A DNA stretch of 64,000 nucleotides, from positions 5,376,001 to 5,440,000 of the forward strand of contig OY970303.1 of the NCBI GenBank assembly GCA_963716255.1, read 5' to 3'. The stretch is from an uncultured Gemmatimonadales bacterium (GTDB lineage Bacteria > Gemmatimonadota > Gemmatimonadetes > Longimicrobiales > Longimicrobiaceae). Under the pieces are notes generated by a model. That model ran no database searches. It had not been told where the DNA came from and saw only the letters and a list, made by a program, of their open reading frames with translations. Below are positions 40,889-51,647 of the stretch, piece by piece. The position numbers and the translations under genes were made by a program. Every line of letters starts with the position of its first letter. The first letter of the stretch is position 1.

Positions 40889-41024
40889 CCCGCGTGAAGG
40901 ATTTCGGCCCGAAGGGGCGAGACCCCAACAGCAGTATCGTGGGGGGCTCGACTCCGTTGCAGACGGTAGTTTCGTCTGCTACGGAGCCGAAGCCCGACCC
41001 CGGCGCGCAGCCGGGGGCACGCCC
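40889..41024 (-). repeat. Structured interspersed repeat, copy D
   Basis: The reverse complement matches the scaffold; stem GCAGACG-AAACTAC-CGTCTGC. Confidence 0.88.
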
Positions 41025-41076
41025 GAACCCGCCGTCCAGAGCCGTTCCGACGACCACCAGGCATAAAGGAAAACCG

Positions 41077-42558
41077 ATGGCCGAGACAGTCACCGCGCAG
41101 GGCGACGATCGCGCGCTGCTGGAGCAGTCTTCCGTGCGGGCCCTGCTGGACCCGCTCCGGGACGCCGTGCGCGTGCGGGACGGCGTGGTGGAGGTGGCGG
41201 GCGAGGAGGCGCTGCGCGGCGCCGGGATCGAGACGCTGGCGCGCGCCGCCGTCTTCGGCGACGACGCCGACGTGCGCGACACCGCCCGCTGGATCATCGG
41301 CGAGGCGGGGGAGCGGCTGGGGATCCGCCCCGCCTCCATCCACGACCTGTACATGGCCCGCGGCCGCGGCGAGGTGTCCGGCTTCACGGTGCCGGCCATG
41401 AACATCCGCGCGGCCTCGTTCGACACGGCGCGCGCCATGTTCGCGGCCGCCCGCGAGCTCCGGGTGGGCGCACTGATCTGCGAGATCGCCCGCTCCGAGA
41501 TCGGCTACACCGACCAGCGCCCCGCGGAGTACGTGGCGGTGCTCACCGCGGCGGCCATCCGCGAGGGGTGGAGCGGCCCGCTCTTCGTGCAGGGCGACCA
41601 CTTCCAGCTCAACGCCAAGAAGTTCCGCGCCGATCCCCAGGCCGAGACCCGCGCGGTCAAGGACCTGATCAAGGAGGCGATCCACGCCGGCTTCTACAAC
41701 ATCGACATCGACACTTCCACGCTGGTGGAGCTGGACAGGGGCACGCTGGACGAGCAGCAGGCGCTCAACTCGCGCCTGTCCGCCGAGCTGACGGCCTACG
41801 TGCGGCACTACCAGCCGGAGGGGGTCACCATCTCCATCGGCGGCGAGATCGGCGAGGTGGGCACGGAAAACTCCACCCCCGAGGAGCTGCGGGCGTACAT
41901 GGACGGCTACCGGCGCGAGCTGGACCGCATCTCCGGCAAGGACGGGGGACGGCTGGAGGGGCTTTCCAAGATCTCGGTGCAGTCCGGCACCTCGCACGGC
42001 GGCACGGTGCTCCCGGACGGCTCCATCGCCGACGTGGCCATCGACTTCGAGACGCTGCGGGTGCTGTCGCAGATTTCCCGCGACGAGTACGGTCTTTCCG
42101 GGGCGGTGCAGCACGGCGCCTCCACGCTGCCGGCGAGCGCCTTCGGCAAGTTCCCGGAGGTGGAGACCGCGGAGATCCACCTGGCCACCGGCTTCCAGAA
42201 CATGCTGTACGACCACCCGTCGCTCCCCGGCGAGCTGCGCGAGCGGATGTACGAGCACTGCCGGACCAGCTTCCCCGAGGAGCGCAAGCCCACGGACACC
42301 GAGGAGCAGTTCATCTACAAGGCCCGCAAGAAGGCGCTGGGCGCCTTCAAGCGCGACCTGTGGGAGCTGCCCGAGGAGAGCCGCGCGCCGATCCGCGCGA
42401 CGCTGCAGGAGCAGTTCGCCTTCCTCTTCCGGCAGCTGCGGGTGGACGGCACCGTGGACGTGGTGCGCGAGCACGGGGCGGCCCCGGCCCACCGGCGCGC
42501 CGGCCCGAGTGCCCTGCGCATGAAGGCCGCCGCCGACGACTGGGATCTTTCGGACTGA
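41077..42558 (+). CDS. Class II fructose-bisphosphate aldolase family protein
   Basis: VPAMN, EIARSEIGYT, QGDH, IDIDTS, GGEIGEVG, GTSHGG, VQHGAS; RBS AAGGA. Confidence 0.88.
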   Translation: MAETVTAQGDDRALLEQSSVRALLDPLRDAVRVRDGVVEVAGEEALRGAGIETLARAAVFGDDADVRDTARWIIGEAGERLGIRPASIHDLYMARGRGEVSGFTVPAMNIRAASFDTARAMFAAARELRVGALICEIARSEIGYTDQRPAEYVAVLTAAAIREGWSGPLFVQGDHFQLNAKKFRADPQAETRAVKDLIKEAIHAGFYNIDIDTSTLVELDRGTLDEQQALNSRLSAELTAYVRHYQPEGVTISIGGEIGEVGTENSTPEELRAYMDGYRRELDRISGKDGGRLEGLSKISVQSGTSHGGTVLPDGSIADVAIDFETLRVLSQISRDEYGLSGAVQHGASTLPASAFGKFPEVETAEIHLATGFQNMLYDHPSLPGELRERMYEHCRTSFPEERKPTDTEEQFIYKARKKALGAFKRDLWELPEESRAPIRATLQEQFAFLFRQLRVDGTVDVVREHGAAPAHRRAGPSALRMKAAADDWDLSD

Positions 42559-42785
42559 CCGCCGCCGGGGCGCAGGCCGCGTCCCCACGGTGTTTTCCGG
42601 CCGGAGCGCCGCCCCCCGGGGCGGCGCTCCGGCCGTTTCCGTCCCCCGCGGGAACGAAACCTGCCTCTCCCGGTGGCGTGAACCGCTCCCACGGCCGCGC
42701 GGCAGGGCTGGCCCCTGCCGCCGCCGGGCCCCGGCCCGTGCGCGAGCGCCCCGACGATCCAGACCGAGCCGGGAGCCCCCCACCG

Positions 42786-43544
42786 ATGCTCCGGGAAGCC
42801 GAACACGTGGGCAGCGACACCGAGAACCCGGAAGCCCTGGCCGTCCGCGCCAACAAGCTCGACATCCTCGAGCGGCTGGCCGACGACCTGGCGCACGAGA
42901 TCAAGAACCCCCTGCACTCCATGGTGATCAACCTGGAGGTGCTCAAGCGCCGCGTCGCCCGCTGGGGCCCCGACCAGCAGGGCGAGGCCGAGCGCTACAT
43001 CGGCGTGCTGGGGACCGAGCTGGACCGGGTCACCCGCCGCATCGAGCTGCTGCTTCGCCTGTCGCGGCCGGCGCGCAAGGCCGAGCCGGTGACGCTGGAC
43101 GAGCTGATCCACGAGCTGATGGAGCTGATCCAGCTGGAGGCCCGCCGCCAGGAGGTGGAGGTGCGCTTCGAGCCGGCCTTCATCCCGGCGCCGGTCAACG
43201 TGCCGCGCGAGCCGGTCCGCCAGGTGATCCTGGACCTGGTGCTGGAGGCGCTGGACGGGGCGGGGCAGGGGGGCGCGCTGGTGATCCGCACGGCCCGCGA
43301 CGGCGACCACGCCGCCGTCTCGGTGTCGGTGCTGGACGCCGCCGGCGCCCCGCTCCCCATCGAGGACGACGCCGCCGCCCCGGGCGGCGTCAGCGTGGCG
43401 CGGCTCCCGGCCGCGCGCGCCATCGCCGAGTCGGTGGGCGGGCGCGTGGTGTTCGGCGCGGCCCTCCCCTCGCCCTCCGGCGAGGGGGGCGAAGCCCCCG
43501 GCGTGGTGTTCTCCATCCCCGTGGCGGGTGCCGGAACCGCGTAA
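42786..43544 (+). CDS. HisKA-domain protein with degenerate ATP-binding domain (phosphotransferase-like)
   Basis: H-box LAHEIKNPL is present. The N-box reads DLVLEA and no DxGxG or GxGLG boxes are present. Start could be GTG 42807. Confidence 0.8.
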   Translation: MLREAEHVGSDTENPEALAVRANKLDILERLADDLAHEIKNPLHSMVINLEVLKRRVARWGPDQQGEAERYIGVLGTELDRVTRRIELLLRLSRPARKAEPVTLDELIHELMELIQLEARRQEVEVRFEPAFIPAPVNVPREPVRQVILDLVLEALDGAGQGGALVIRTARDGDHAAVSVSVLDAAGAPLPIEDDAAAPGGVSVARLPAARAIAESVGGRVVFGAALPSPSGEGGEAPGVVFSIPVAGAGTA

Positions 43545-43571
43545 ACCGTTGGGTTCCATGCGCCCCGCGGG

Positions 43572-43601
43572 TTGACCCCACCCGCGGCGCCCCGCTATCT
43601 T
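43572..43601 (+). promoter_or_regulatory. Putative sigma70-type promoter
   Basis: TTGACC-N18-TATCTT upstream of 43657. Confidence 0.5.
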
Positions 43602-43656
43602 TCCCGGTTCGACAAAGCCTGGTTCCAGGTACGGAAGATCCTCCATCGACGCGGGT

Positions 43657-45018
<1,362 letters not shown>

Positions 45019-45046
45019 CCGCCGGGCACACGCCCCCGCCGCCTGC

Positions 45047-45080
45047 CAGGAGCCGCGTCCCCCCCGGGACGCGGCTCCTG
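45047..45080 (+). terminator. Hairpin after the response regulator
   Basis: CAGGAGCCGCGTCCC-CCCC-GGGACGCGGCTCCTG. Confidence 0.6.
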
Positions 45081-45107
45081 TCGTTCGGGGGCGGAACGGC
45101 CCGGCGA

Positions 45108-45445
45108 CCCCCTCCCCCTCCCCGCAAGGGGGAGGGGAGAATGGCAACGGCAGGCCCTCACCCCCCGGCCCCCTCTCCCACGAGGGGAGAGGGGGAGCAC
45201 GACAACAACGGTGCGCTCCGGCGGGCTCCGGGTATGGGGTCGGCCGGGGGAGGCTGCTCCGTCGGTGCGAACTCGCCCACCGTCCGAGCGGGGGCGGGAT
45301 CACGCTGGCTTCGAACATACGCTCTCCTGCGCAGCCTCCCCCGACCTCCCGGCGCAGATCGCAACGGCAACGACCCGGACCGACACGGAGCCCACCCCCA
45401 GAATTGGGGGAGGGTGGCGAGCCTAAGCGAGCCGGGTGGGGGCCT
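45108..45445. repeat. REP-like palindrome cluster
   Basis: CCCTCCCCGCAAGGGGGAGGG; CCCTCACCCCCCGGCCCCCTCTCCCACGAGGGGAGAGGGG; CCCCCAGAATTGGGGGAGGGTGGCGAGCCTAAGCGAGCC. These are the same unit families as at 4565-4875. Confidence 0.7.
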
Positions 45446-45447
45446 CC

Positions 45448-45599
45448 CGCGGACGCCAGCGCGAGACCGCGTGAGGGATTCCGGCCCGAAGGGGCGAGAC
45501 CCGGCGGGGCTGTTTCCGCCGGGGCTCGACTCCGTTGCAGACGGTTGTTTCGTCTGCTACGGAGCCGAAGCCCGACCCCGCGCCAGCGGGGGCACGCCC
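45448..45599 (-). repeat. Structured interspersed repeat, copy E
   Basis: The reverse complement matches the scaffold; stem GCAGACG-AAACAAC-CGTCTGC. Confidence 0.9.
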
Positions 45600-45648
45600 A
45601 AACCCTGCCGTTCACCTCGCTCCAACTCGAGCCGGAATCATCCGTGGG

Positions 45649-45664
45649 TGGCATGGCGCTTGCT
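45649..45664 (+). promoter_or_regulatory. Sigma54 (-24/-12) promoter
   Basis: TGGCATGGCGCTTGCT has GG-N10-GC spacing and is close to the TGGCACG-N4-TTGCW consensus. It lies about 70 nt before ATG 45733. Confidence 0.7.
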
Positions 45665-45732
45665 CTTCCAGGTGCCCGATCCGGGCTATTCACCCCGGAC
45701 GCCGCCTCACGGAGGGACAAGGGGTATTCGGC

Positions 45733-46131
45733 ATGGCGGCTCGTAGAATTCTAGTGATCGAGGACGAGGCGGGCGCCCGGGACGCACTGGAGAGCCTGCT
45801 GGCGGAGGACGGCTACACGGTCTGCACGGCGGCATCCGGGAGGAGCGCCCTGGAGCGTGTCCGCGACTTCCATCCGGACACCGTGGTGTGCGACTTCTAC
45901 CTCCCGGACATCGACGGCCTCCAGGTCATCCGGGAGATCCGCTCCGGGCTGCCCTCCGACGTGACGATCATCGTGATCACCGCGGGCGGGGCGGGCGAGG
46001 AGACGGAGTGCGCGCTCCGCGAGGAGGCCGACGTCTTTCTGCAGAAGCCGGTGGACCTTTCCAACTTCCGGGAGGCGCTCCAGTATTCCTCGCCGGCGCC
46101 GCGCGGCACGGAGCTGCAGTCTCGTCTCTGA
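45733..46131 (+). CDS. Single-domain response regulator
   Basis: ILVIEDE, CDFYLPDIDG, VIT, FLQKPV. Confidence 0.9.
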   Translation: MAARRILVIEDEAGARDALESLLAEDGYTVCTAASGRSALERVRDFHPDTVVCDFYLPDIDGLQVIREIRSGLPSDVTIIVITAGGAGEETECALREEADVFLQKPVDLSNFREALQYSSPAPRGTELQSRL

Positions 46132-46162
46132 ACGCAGTCTCATCACCCAAAGGGAGCCTTCG

Positions 46163-46654
46163 ATGAGGGACTACGACGATTATCCCCACATCGTCATCGA
46201 GCGGGATCGTGGTGGATTCGGGCCGTTCCTGTGGGGCGCGCTGCTGGGTGCGGGCGCGGCCCTCCTCCTGGCGCCGCGCACCGGCGCCGACACGCAGCGC
46301 GAGCTTCGCGAGCGGGCCCGCGCGCTGCGCGACGCCGCCGAGGGGCGCGTCAACGACGCGCGCGACTCCGTTTCCGGCGCGGTGGAGCGTGCCCGCGGCG
46401 AGGTCACGGACCGCATCTCCACGGTGCGCGACGCGATCGAGACCCGCGCAGACCAGGCCCGCAGCGCCGTGGAGGCTGGCCGCCGCGCCGCCATGGACGC
46501 GCGCAGCGACCTGGAGCGCCGCGTGGCCGAGGCGAAGTCGGCGTACCGGAGCGGCGTGGATGCCTTCCGCGATCCGGGCGCGCCCGTGGTGGAAGCGGAG
46601 GTCATCGTCACCGAGGTGATCGTGGAGGAGGTGGGGGACGACGGGCTGCTCTGA
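46163..46654 (+). CDS. YtxH domain protein
   Basis: FLWGALLGAGAALLLAPRTGADTQ followed by an amphipathic helical region. Confidence 0.85.
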   Translation: MRDYDDYPHIVIERDRGGFGPFLWGALLGAGAALLLAPRTGADTQRELRERARALRDAAEGRVNDARDSVSGAVERARGEVTDRISTVRDAIETRADQARSAVEAGRRAAMDARSDLERRVAEAKSAYRSGVDAFRDPGAPVVEAEVIVTEVIVEEVGDDGLL

Positions 46655-46674
46655 AGCGGCGGGACACGGGATCG

Positions 46675-46703
46675 TTGACGGAAGCCGTTCGGCGATCTAG
46701 GTT
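46675..46703 (+). promoter_or_regulatory. Sigma70-type promoter, possibly leaderless transcript
   Basis: TTGACG-N17-TAGGTT, then 6 nt to ATG 46710. Confidence 0.5.
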
Positions 46704-46709
46704 TTGGGG

Positions 46710-47648
46710 ATGGGAGTGCGGATCAGGTCCATTCGGGCGGTGAGCGTCGCGGGCGCCGCCCGCGCGGCCCTGGTCCGCACGCTTCGTGGGGCGTGGGACT
46801 TCACCGCGCGTGTCTGGAGCTGCGCGGGCGACGACGACGTCTTCTTCCTCGCCGGGGCAATCGCCTTCAACATCCTGGTCGCGGCGATCCCCTTCCTCCT
46901 GCTCATCGTCGCCATCTTCGGCTTCGTCCTCCCGCGCTTCGTGCCGGATCCGGAGAAGGCGGCGGTGGACTACGTGCTTTCCATCCTCCCCCCCTCCCAG
47001 GACGTGGTGAACTTCACCCGGAGCCTGGTGGGCGGTATCATCGGGGGGCGCAACCGCTTCGGGATCGTCGGCGTGGTCCTGTTCGTGTGGACCGCCACCC
47101 GCCTGTTCGGCACGCTGCGCGCGGTGCTGCGCCACGTGTTCGACCTGGAGGACGACCGCGGCATCGTGCGCGGCAAGATCTTCGACGCCCAGATGGTGAT
47201 CGTCGCCGGGACGCTCTTCCTGGCGAACACGGGGATCACCCTGGTGCTGGAAGGGGTGCGCAACTTCGGGCAGGAGTGGCTGGGGAGGCGCGGCTACCGC
47301 GAGCTCCCCGTCGTGGAGACGGTGTACGCGCAGCTGCTGGCCTTCGCGTTCATCTTCGCGATGTTCGTGCTGATGTACCGCTACCTTCCCGCCCGCCGCA
47401 TCCCGTGGCGCATCTCGCTGGTGGCGGCGGCGTTCACCTCGGTGTCGTGGGAGCTGCTCAAGGGCCTCTTCACCTGGTACGTCAAGTACGTCGCCAACTA
47501 CGGTACCATGTACGGGCGCCTGGGGGTGGCCGTGGTGCTGGTGTTCTGGATCTATTACTCGGCCGTGGTGTTCATCGTGGGCGGCGAGGTGGGGCAGGTG
47601 TACGACCTGGGCCGCACGCGCCGGAGACAAAGGGAGCTGCTGGAATGA
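46710..47648 (+). CDS. YihY/BrkB family membrane protein
   Basis: AGAIAFNILVAAIPFLL, YRYLP, WELLKGLF, YGTMYG.LG, WIYYSA...GGEV. Start uncertain. Confidence 0.9.
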   Translation: MGVRIRSIRAVSVAGAARAALVRTLRGAWDFTARVWSCAGDDDVFFLAGAIAFNILVAAIPFLLLIVAIFGFVLPRFVPDPEKAAVDYVLSILPPSQDVVNFTRSLVGGIIGGRNRFGIVGVVLFVWTATRLFGTLRAVLRHVFDLEDDRGIVRGKIFDAQMVIVAGTLFLANTGITLVLEGVRNFGQEWLGRRGYRELPVVETVYAQLLAFAFIFAMFVLMYRYLPARRIPWRISLVAAAFTSVSWELLKGLFTWYVKYVANYGTMYGRLGVAVVLVFWIYYSAVVFIVGGEVGQVYDLGRTRRRQRELLE

Positions 47649-48274
47649 GGACCGAAGTGCGAAGGTGCGGGAGTGCGGGAGTGCGGGGGCTGCCGGTGGT
47701 GCTGTGCGTGGTCGCGGCGCTCGCCTTCGGCGCGCGCGAGGCGGCGGCGCAGGGGCTGCCGCTGTCGCCGCTCGCCATCGCGCACGGGGTGGAGCGCGAG
47801 GGGACGGCCCGGTACCGCGACCCGCCGGTGAACGTGGAGGGCCGCTACGTGGTGATCTCGCTGGCGGAGCACCGGCTCTACCTCATGGAGGACGAGCGGG
47901 TGATCTGGTCGGCGACCGTCGGCACGGGCACGGGGACGCGGCTGGAAGGCGCCGGGCAGAAGTGGGACTTCTCCACCCCGCGCGGGATGTTCCGGGTGCA
48001 GCTCAAGGAAAAGGACCCGGTGTGGGTGGTGCCCGACTGGGCCTTCATCGAGCGCGGCGAGCCCATTCCGCCGCCGGACTCGCCCAAGCGGCGGGAGCCG
48101 GGGATGCTGGGGACCACCGCCATGTACCTGGAGGAGGAGATCGCCATCCACGGGACCAACAAGCCCGAGCTGCTGGGGCAGGCGGTCTCGCACGGCTGCA
48201 TCCGCATGAGCAACGAGGACGCTCGCCGATTGTACTACGAGGTGGAAGTCGGCACGCCGGTCATCATCTACTGA
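47645..48274 (+). CDS. L,D-transpeptidase (YkuD) family protein
   Basis: Signal-like N-terminus; TPRG, IAIHGT, SHGCIRM. Confidence 0.92.
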   Translation: MRTEVRRCGSAGVRGLPVVLCVVAALAFGAREAAAQGLPLSPLAIAHGVEREGTARYRDPPVNVEGRYVVISLAEHRLYLMEDERVIWSATVGTGTGTRLEGAGQKWDFSTPRGMFRVQLKEKDPVWVVPDWAFIERGEPIPPPDSPKRREPGMLGTTAMYLEEEIAIHGTNKPELLGQAVSHGCIRMSNEDARRLYYEVEVGTPVIIY

Positions 48275-48296
48275 CATTTGGGTTTGGGGCCGCTCC

Positions 48297-48409
48297 GGAG
48301 CCGGACGAAACGGCCGTCCGTCTCCTGCGCGGGTCGCGGAGCCAGCCGAAACTGCCCGGCTGTCTCCGCTCCGGCTGCGGGAGCCTCGCCAAACTGCCGG
48401 CGAGTCTCC
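48297..48409. repeat. Three-unit tandem hairpin array with covarying stems
   Basis: GGAGC-stem-AAAC(G/T)GC(C)-stem'-TCTCC at 48297, 48338 and 48380. Confidence 0.8.
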
Positions 48410-48543
48410 CTCCGCGACATCTTTTGGGAGCTGCGGGGAGCTGCGGAACTGCACGAACGGCGCGCGAAGGCGGGCCTCGTGCCGTGCCGCAGGGTCTCCT
48501 GCCTCCCGACCGTTCTGAACGACACAGCGCCGGTCGCAGATAG

Positions 48544-49017
48544 ATGAACAAGCCCGCCGGGGACAAGCCCGACGCTCAGAAGATCGTGGTCAAGAACCGC
48601 AAGGCGCGCCACGAATACCACGTGCTCGAGACGTGGGAGGCCGGCCTGGCCCTGCAGGGGACCGAGGTCAAGTCGCTCCGCGAGGGGAAGGGCAACCTCC
48701 AGGACGCGTACGCCCGCATCGACCGGGGCGAGGTCTGGCTGCTGGGCATGCACATCTCCCCGTACGAGCAGGGAAACCGCTTCAACCACGACCCGCTCCG
48801 CCCCCGCAAGCTCCTGCTCCACAACCGGCAGATCCGCAAGATGATCGGCCAGGTGGAGAAGTCGGGGCTCACCCTGGTCCCCCTCGACATCCACTTCACC
48901 CGGGGGATCGCCAAGGTCAACCTGGCCCTCGTCCGCGGCAAGCAACTCCATGACAAGCGTGAGGACCTCAAGAAGCGCGACGCAGAGCGCGAGATGCAGC
49001 GCGGGTTCAAGGAGTAG
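48544..49017 (+). CDS. smpB: SsrA-binding protein
   Basis: NRKARHEY, EAGLALQGTEVKSLR, RKLLLH, GKQLHDKR. Confidence 0.98.
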   Translation: MNKPAGDKPDAQKIVVKNRKARHEYHVLETWEAGLALQGTEVKSLREGKGNLQDAYARIDRGEVWLLGMHISPYEQGNRFNHDPLRPRKLLLHNRQIRKMIGQVEKSGLTLVPLDIHFTRGIAKVNLALVRGKQLHDKREDLKKRDAEREMQRGFKE

Positions 49018-50266
49018 CCGGCTCCGGCGGCTCCTCCCCGCGCTCGCCTTCGTCCTGGCACCCCTCCTCCCCCACCGCTCCGTCGCCCAGCAGCCCTCCA
49101 CCTGGCAGGTGGAGAGCGGCTCGCGCGCCCTTTCCGTCGCCGCGGCCACCGGCCGGGGGTACGCGGCGCTCCCGCTTTCCAGCCTGGTGTCGGTGGGCGC
49201 GGAGGTGGGGCCCAGCGGCGACGAGGTGGCGGTGCGGCTGGGCGGGCACGAGCTGCGCTTCCGCGTGGGCTCGCCGTTCTTTTCCGACGGCGGCCAGGTG
49301 CGGCAGCTGGTGAACTCGGTGTACGCGGAGGACGGGGTGGCCTTTCTCCCCACGCAGTTCTTCGTGGAGCACCTCCCCGCCCTGGGGGTGGAGGTGGACG
49401 CCGCCGCGCGCACCATCCGCCGCCCCCGCGCGGCATCGCTCCAGGTGCCCGCCCCCGCCCCGGCGGGCCCGGAGGCGCCCGCCGACCGTGCCGACGCGCC
49501 GGCGGAGCCGGCGCCGGGCCGGACGCCCGCCCGCACGGCTTCGCGCGCCGCCGGCCCGACCAAGCGGCTGGTGGTGGTGGACGCGGGGCATGGCGGGGTG
49601 GACCCCGGCGCCGCGGGGCGCGGGGGGACGCGGGAAAAGACCATCACCCTGGCGGTGGCCCGGCGCGTCGCGGAGATCCTGCGCGACAACCCGGAGTACG
49701 AGGTGCGCCTGACCCGCGACCGCGACACCCTGATCGCCCTGCGCGACCGGGCGCGCTTCGCCAACGGCTGGCGCAGGGACGGGCAGCCGGCCCTGTTCCT
49801 TTCCATCCACTGCAACGCAAATCCCAGCCGCGCGGCCAAGGGCTTCGAGACGTACTTCCTGTCGGAGGCCAAGACAGAGGACGCGCGGCGCGTGGAGCAG
49901 ATGGAGAACGCGGCGCAGGAGTACGAGGAGGACCGCGGCGGCGGAGACCCGCTCAGCTTCATCCTCAACGACCTGCGCCAGAACGAGCACCTGCGCGCCT
50001 CCAACGACTGGGCGGCGATCATCCAGGACCAGCTCGGCGCGGTGCACCCCGGCCCGGACCGCGGCGTCAAGCAGGCGGGGTTCTACGTGCTCAACGGCGC
50101 CTTCATGCCTGCGGTGCTGGTGGAGATCGGCTTCATCAGCAACGCGCAGGAGGAGGAGGTGCTCGGCTCCCCGCGCTACCAGCAGCTGATCGCGGAGCGC
50201 CTGGCCCGCTCGGTGGACGCCTTCTTCGAGCGCGACACCCGCCGCGTGGCCGCCGGCAACCGGTAG
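48950..50266 (+). CDS. N-acetylmuramoyl-L-alanine amidase (Amidase_3)
   Basis: VVDAGHGGVDPG, EK, LTRDRD, SIHCN, PAVLVEIGF. Start uncertain (the ATG overlaps the smpB end). Confidence 0.92.
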   Translation: MTSVRTSRSATQSARCSAGSRSSRLRRLLPALAFVLAPLLPHRSVAQQPSTWQVESGSRALSVAAATGRGYAALPLSSLVSVGAEVGPSGDEVAVRLGGHELRFRVGSPFFSDGGQVRQLVNSVYAEDGVAFLPTQFFVEHLPALGVEVDAAARTIRRPRAASLQVPAPAPAGPEAPADRADAPAEPAPGRTPARTASRAAGPTKRLVVVDAGHGGVDPGAAGRGGTREKTITLAVARRVAEILRDNPEYEVRLTRDRDTLIALRDRARFANGWRRDGQPALFLSIHCNANPSRAAKGFETYFLSEAKTEDARRVEQMENAAQEYEEDRGGGDPLSFILNDLRQNEHLRASNDWAAIIQDQLGAVHPGPDRGVKQAGFYVLNGAFMPAVLVEIGFISNAQEEEVLGSPRYQQLIAERLARSVDAFFERDTRRVAAGNR

Positions 50267-50371
50267 CCCGCGCGCAGCCGCGCGCCGTGGACGACGGGCC
50301 GCCGGGGGATCCCCCGGCGGCCCGTCGGGTAATCACCCGCGAACCGCACTCCCACCCGGAGCCGATCCGCC

Positions 50372-51103
50372 ATGACCCGACCGCCCGTTCCCATCGTCGC
50401 GCTGGACGTGCCCACCGCCGCCGCCGCCCACGCCCTGCTGGGCCGGATCGGGCCCGCCGCGGAGTGGATCAAGGTGGGGCTCCAGCTCTTCGTGGCGGAG
50501 GGGCCGGAGGTGGTCCGCGGCATGCGCGAACGCGGGCTGCGGGTCTTCCTGGACCTCAAGCTGCACGACATTCCCAACACCGTGGCCCACGCCGTGGAGT
50601 CCGCCGCGGGGCTGGGCGCCGACCTGCTCACGGTGCACGCCGCGGGTGGGAGCGCCATGCTGCGCGCCGCGCGCCGCGCCGCGGGCGAGCCGGGCGGGGG
50701 CGGGCCGCGGCTGTTCGCGGTCACGGTGCTCACCTCGCTCTCCGCCGCGGAGCTGGGCGAGGCGTGGGGGCGGCCGGGGGTGGCCGCCGCGGAGGAGGCC
50801 GGCCGGCTGGCACGCCTGGCGGCGGACGCGGGGATGGACGGGGTGGTGTCGTCGGTGCACGAGGCGGCGCGGATCCGCTCCGAGGCGGGCGCCGGGCTGG
50901 GGATCCTCACCCCGGGGATCCGCCTGGCCGGCGACGCGGCGGGCGACCAGGCGCGCGTCGCCACGCCCGCGCAGGCCGCGGCGGCCGGGGTGGAGTTCGT
51001 GGTGGTGGGGCGCACGGTCACCGCCGCCGCGGACCCCGCCGCCGCCTTCCTCGCGGTGCGCGACGAGCTGGCCGGCGGCGTCGCGGCCGGGGCGGCGTCG
51101 TGA
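50372..51103 (+). CDS. pyrF: Orotidine-5'-phosphate decarboxylase
   Basis: IVALD, KVG, FLDLKLHDIPNT, VTVLTS, TPGIR, DQAR, VVGR. Confidence 0.97.
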   Translation: MTRPPVPIVALDVPTAAAAHALLGRIGPAAEWIKVGLQLFVAEGPEVVRGMRERGLRVFLDLKLHDIPNTVAHAVESAAGLGADLLTVHAAGGSAMLRAARRAAGEPGGGGPRLFAVTVLTSLSAAELGEAWGRPGVAAAEEAGRLARLAADAGMDGVVSSVHEAARIRSEAGAGLGILTPGIRLAGDAAGDQARVATPAQAAAAGVEFVVVGRTVTAAADPAAAFLAVRDELAGGVAAGAAS

Positions 51104-51552
51104 CCGTGCGCGTCCTCCGGGTGCTGGCGCTGGCGCTCCTGCTGGCCGCGCCGGGGACGGCGCTGCGGGCGCAGGGGGGCGGGGAGCCCCGGCTGGAGGG
51201 CTTCGTCGCGCGCGTCGCCCGGCTGTGGGAGGCGGAGGACGCGGACGCCCTTGCGCACCTCGCCCCGTCCGGCGGGCGCATGGTGCTGGAGGTGGCCGGC
51301 GAGGGCGCGGGGCCGGTGCCGGAGCGCCACGCCGCGGCGGCGCTGCGCTCGCTCTTCGCGGACCGCGAGACGGTATCCATCCGCCCCGGCCGCGTCACCG
51401 TGGCCGGGGGGGAGCCGCTCCAGGGCTTCGGCGAGCTGGCGTGGACGTCGCGCTCCCGCGGGGTGAGCGCCGCCCGCACCTCCACCGTGTACGTGGGCGT
51501 GGTGTGGGAGGGCGGGGAGTGGCGGGTCCGCGAGCTGCGCGTGCTCCCCTGA
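51100..51552 (+). CDS. Hypothetical secreted protein
   Basis: GTG overlaps the pyrF stop; signal peptide VLALALLLAAPGTALRA. Confidence 0.7.
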   Translation: MTVRVLRVLALALLLAAPGTALRAQGGGEPRLEGFVARVARLWEAEDADALAHLAPSGGRMVLEVAGEGAGPVPERHAAAALRSLFADRETVSIRPGRVTVAGGEPLQGFGELAWTSRSRGVSAARTSTVYVGVVWEGGEWRVRELRVLP

Positions 51553-51565
51553 CGCGCGCCGCCGG

Positions 51566-51595
51566 TTGACAGGGGGAGAGGGCGCGGCCTAGGAT
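51566..51595 (+). promoter_or_regulatory. Sigma70-type promoter
   Basis: TTGACA-N18-TAGGAT. Confidence 0.6.
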
Positions 51596-51647
51596 TGCCC
51601 CTTCGCCGGCGGGCTCCCCGCCGACCGCACGGACCGGCTCCCCCACG

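Noticed and set aside
48297..48409. CRISPR array
   Set aside because: Units are not identical repeats (the stems vary), spacers are only about 12 nt, and no cas genes are in the window.
48274..48543. tmRNA (ssrA) next to smpB
   Set aside because: No tRNA-Ala-like ends (GGGG..TCGA / TCCACCA) or tag reading frame recognised.
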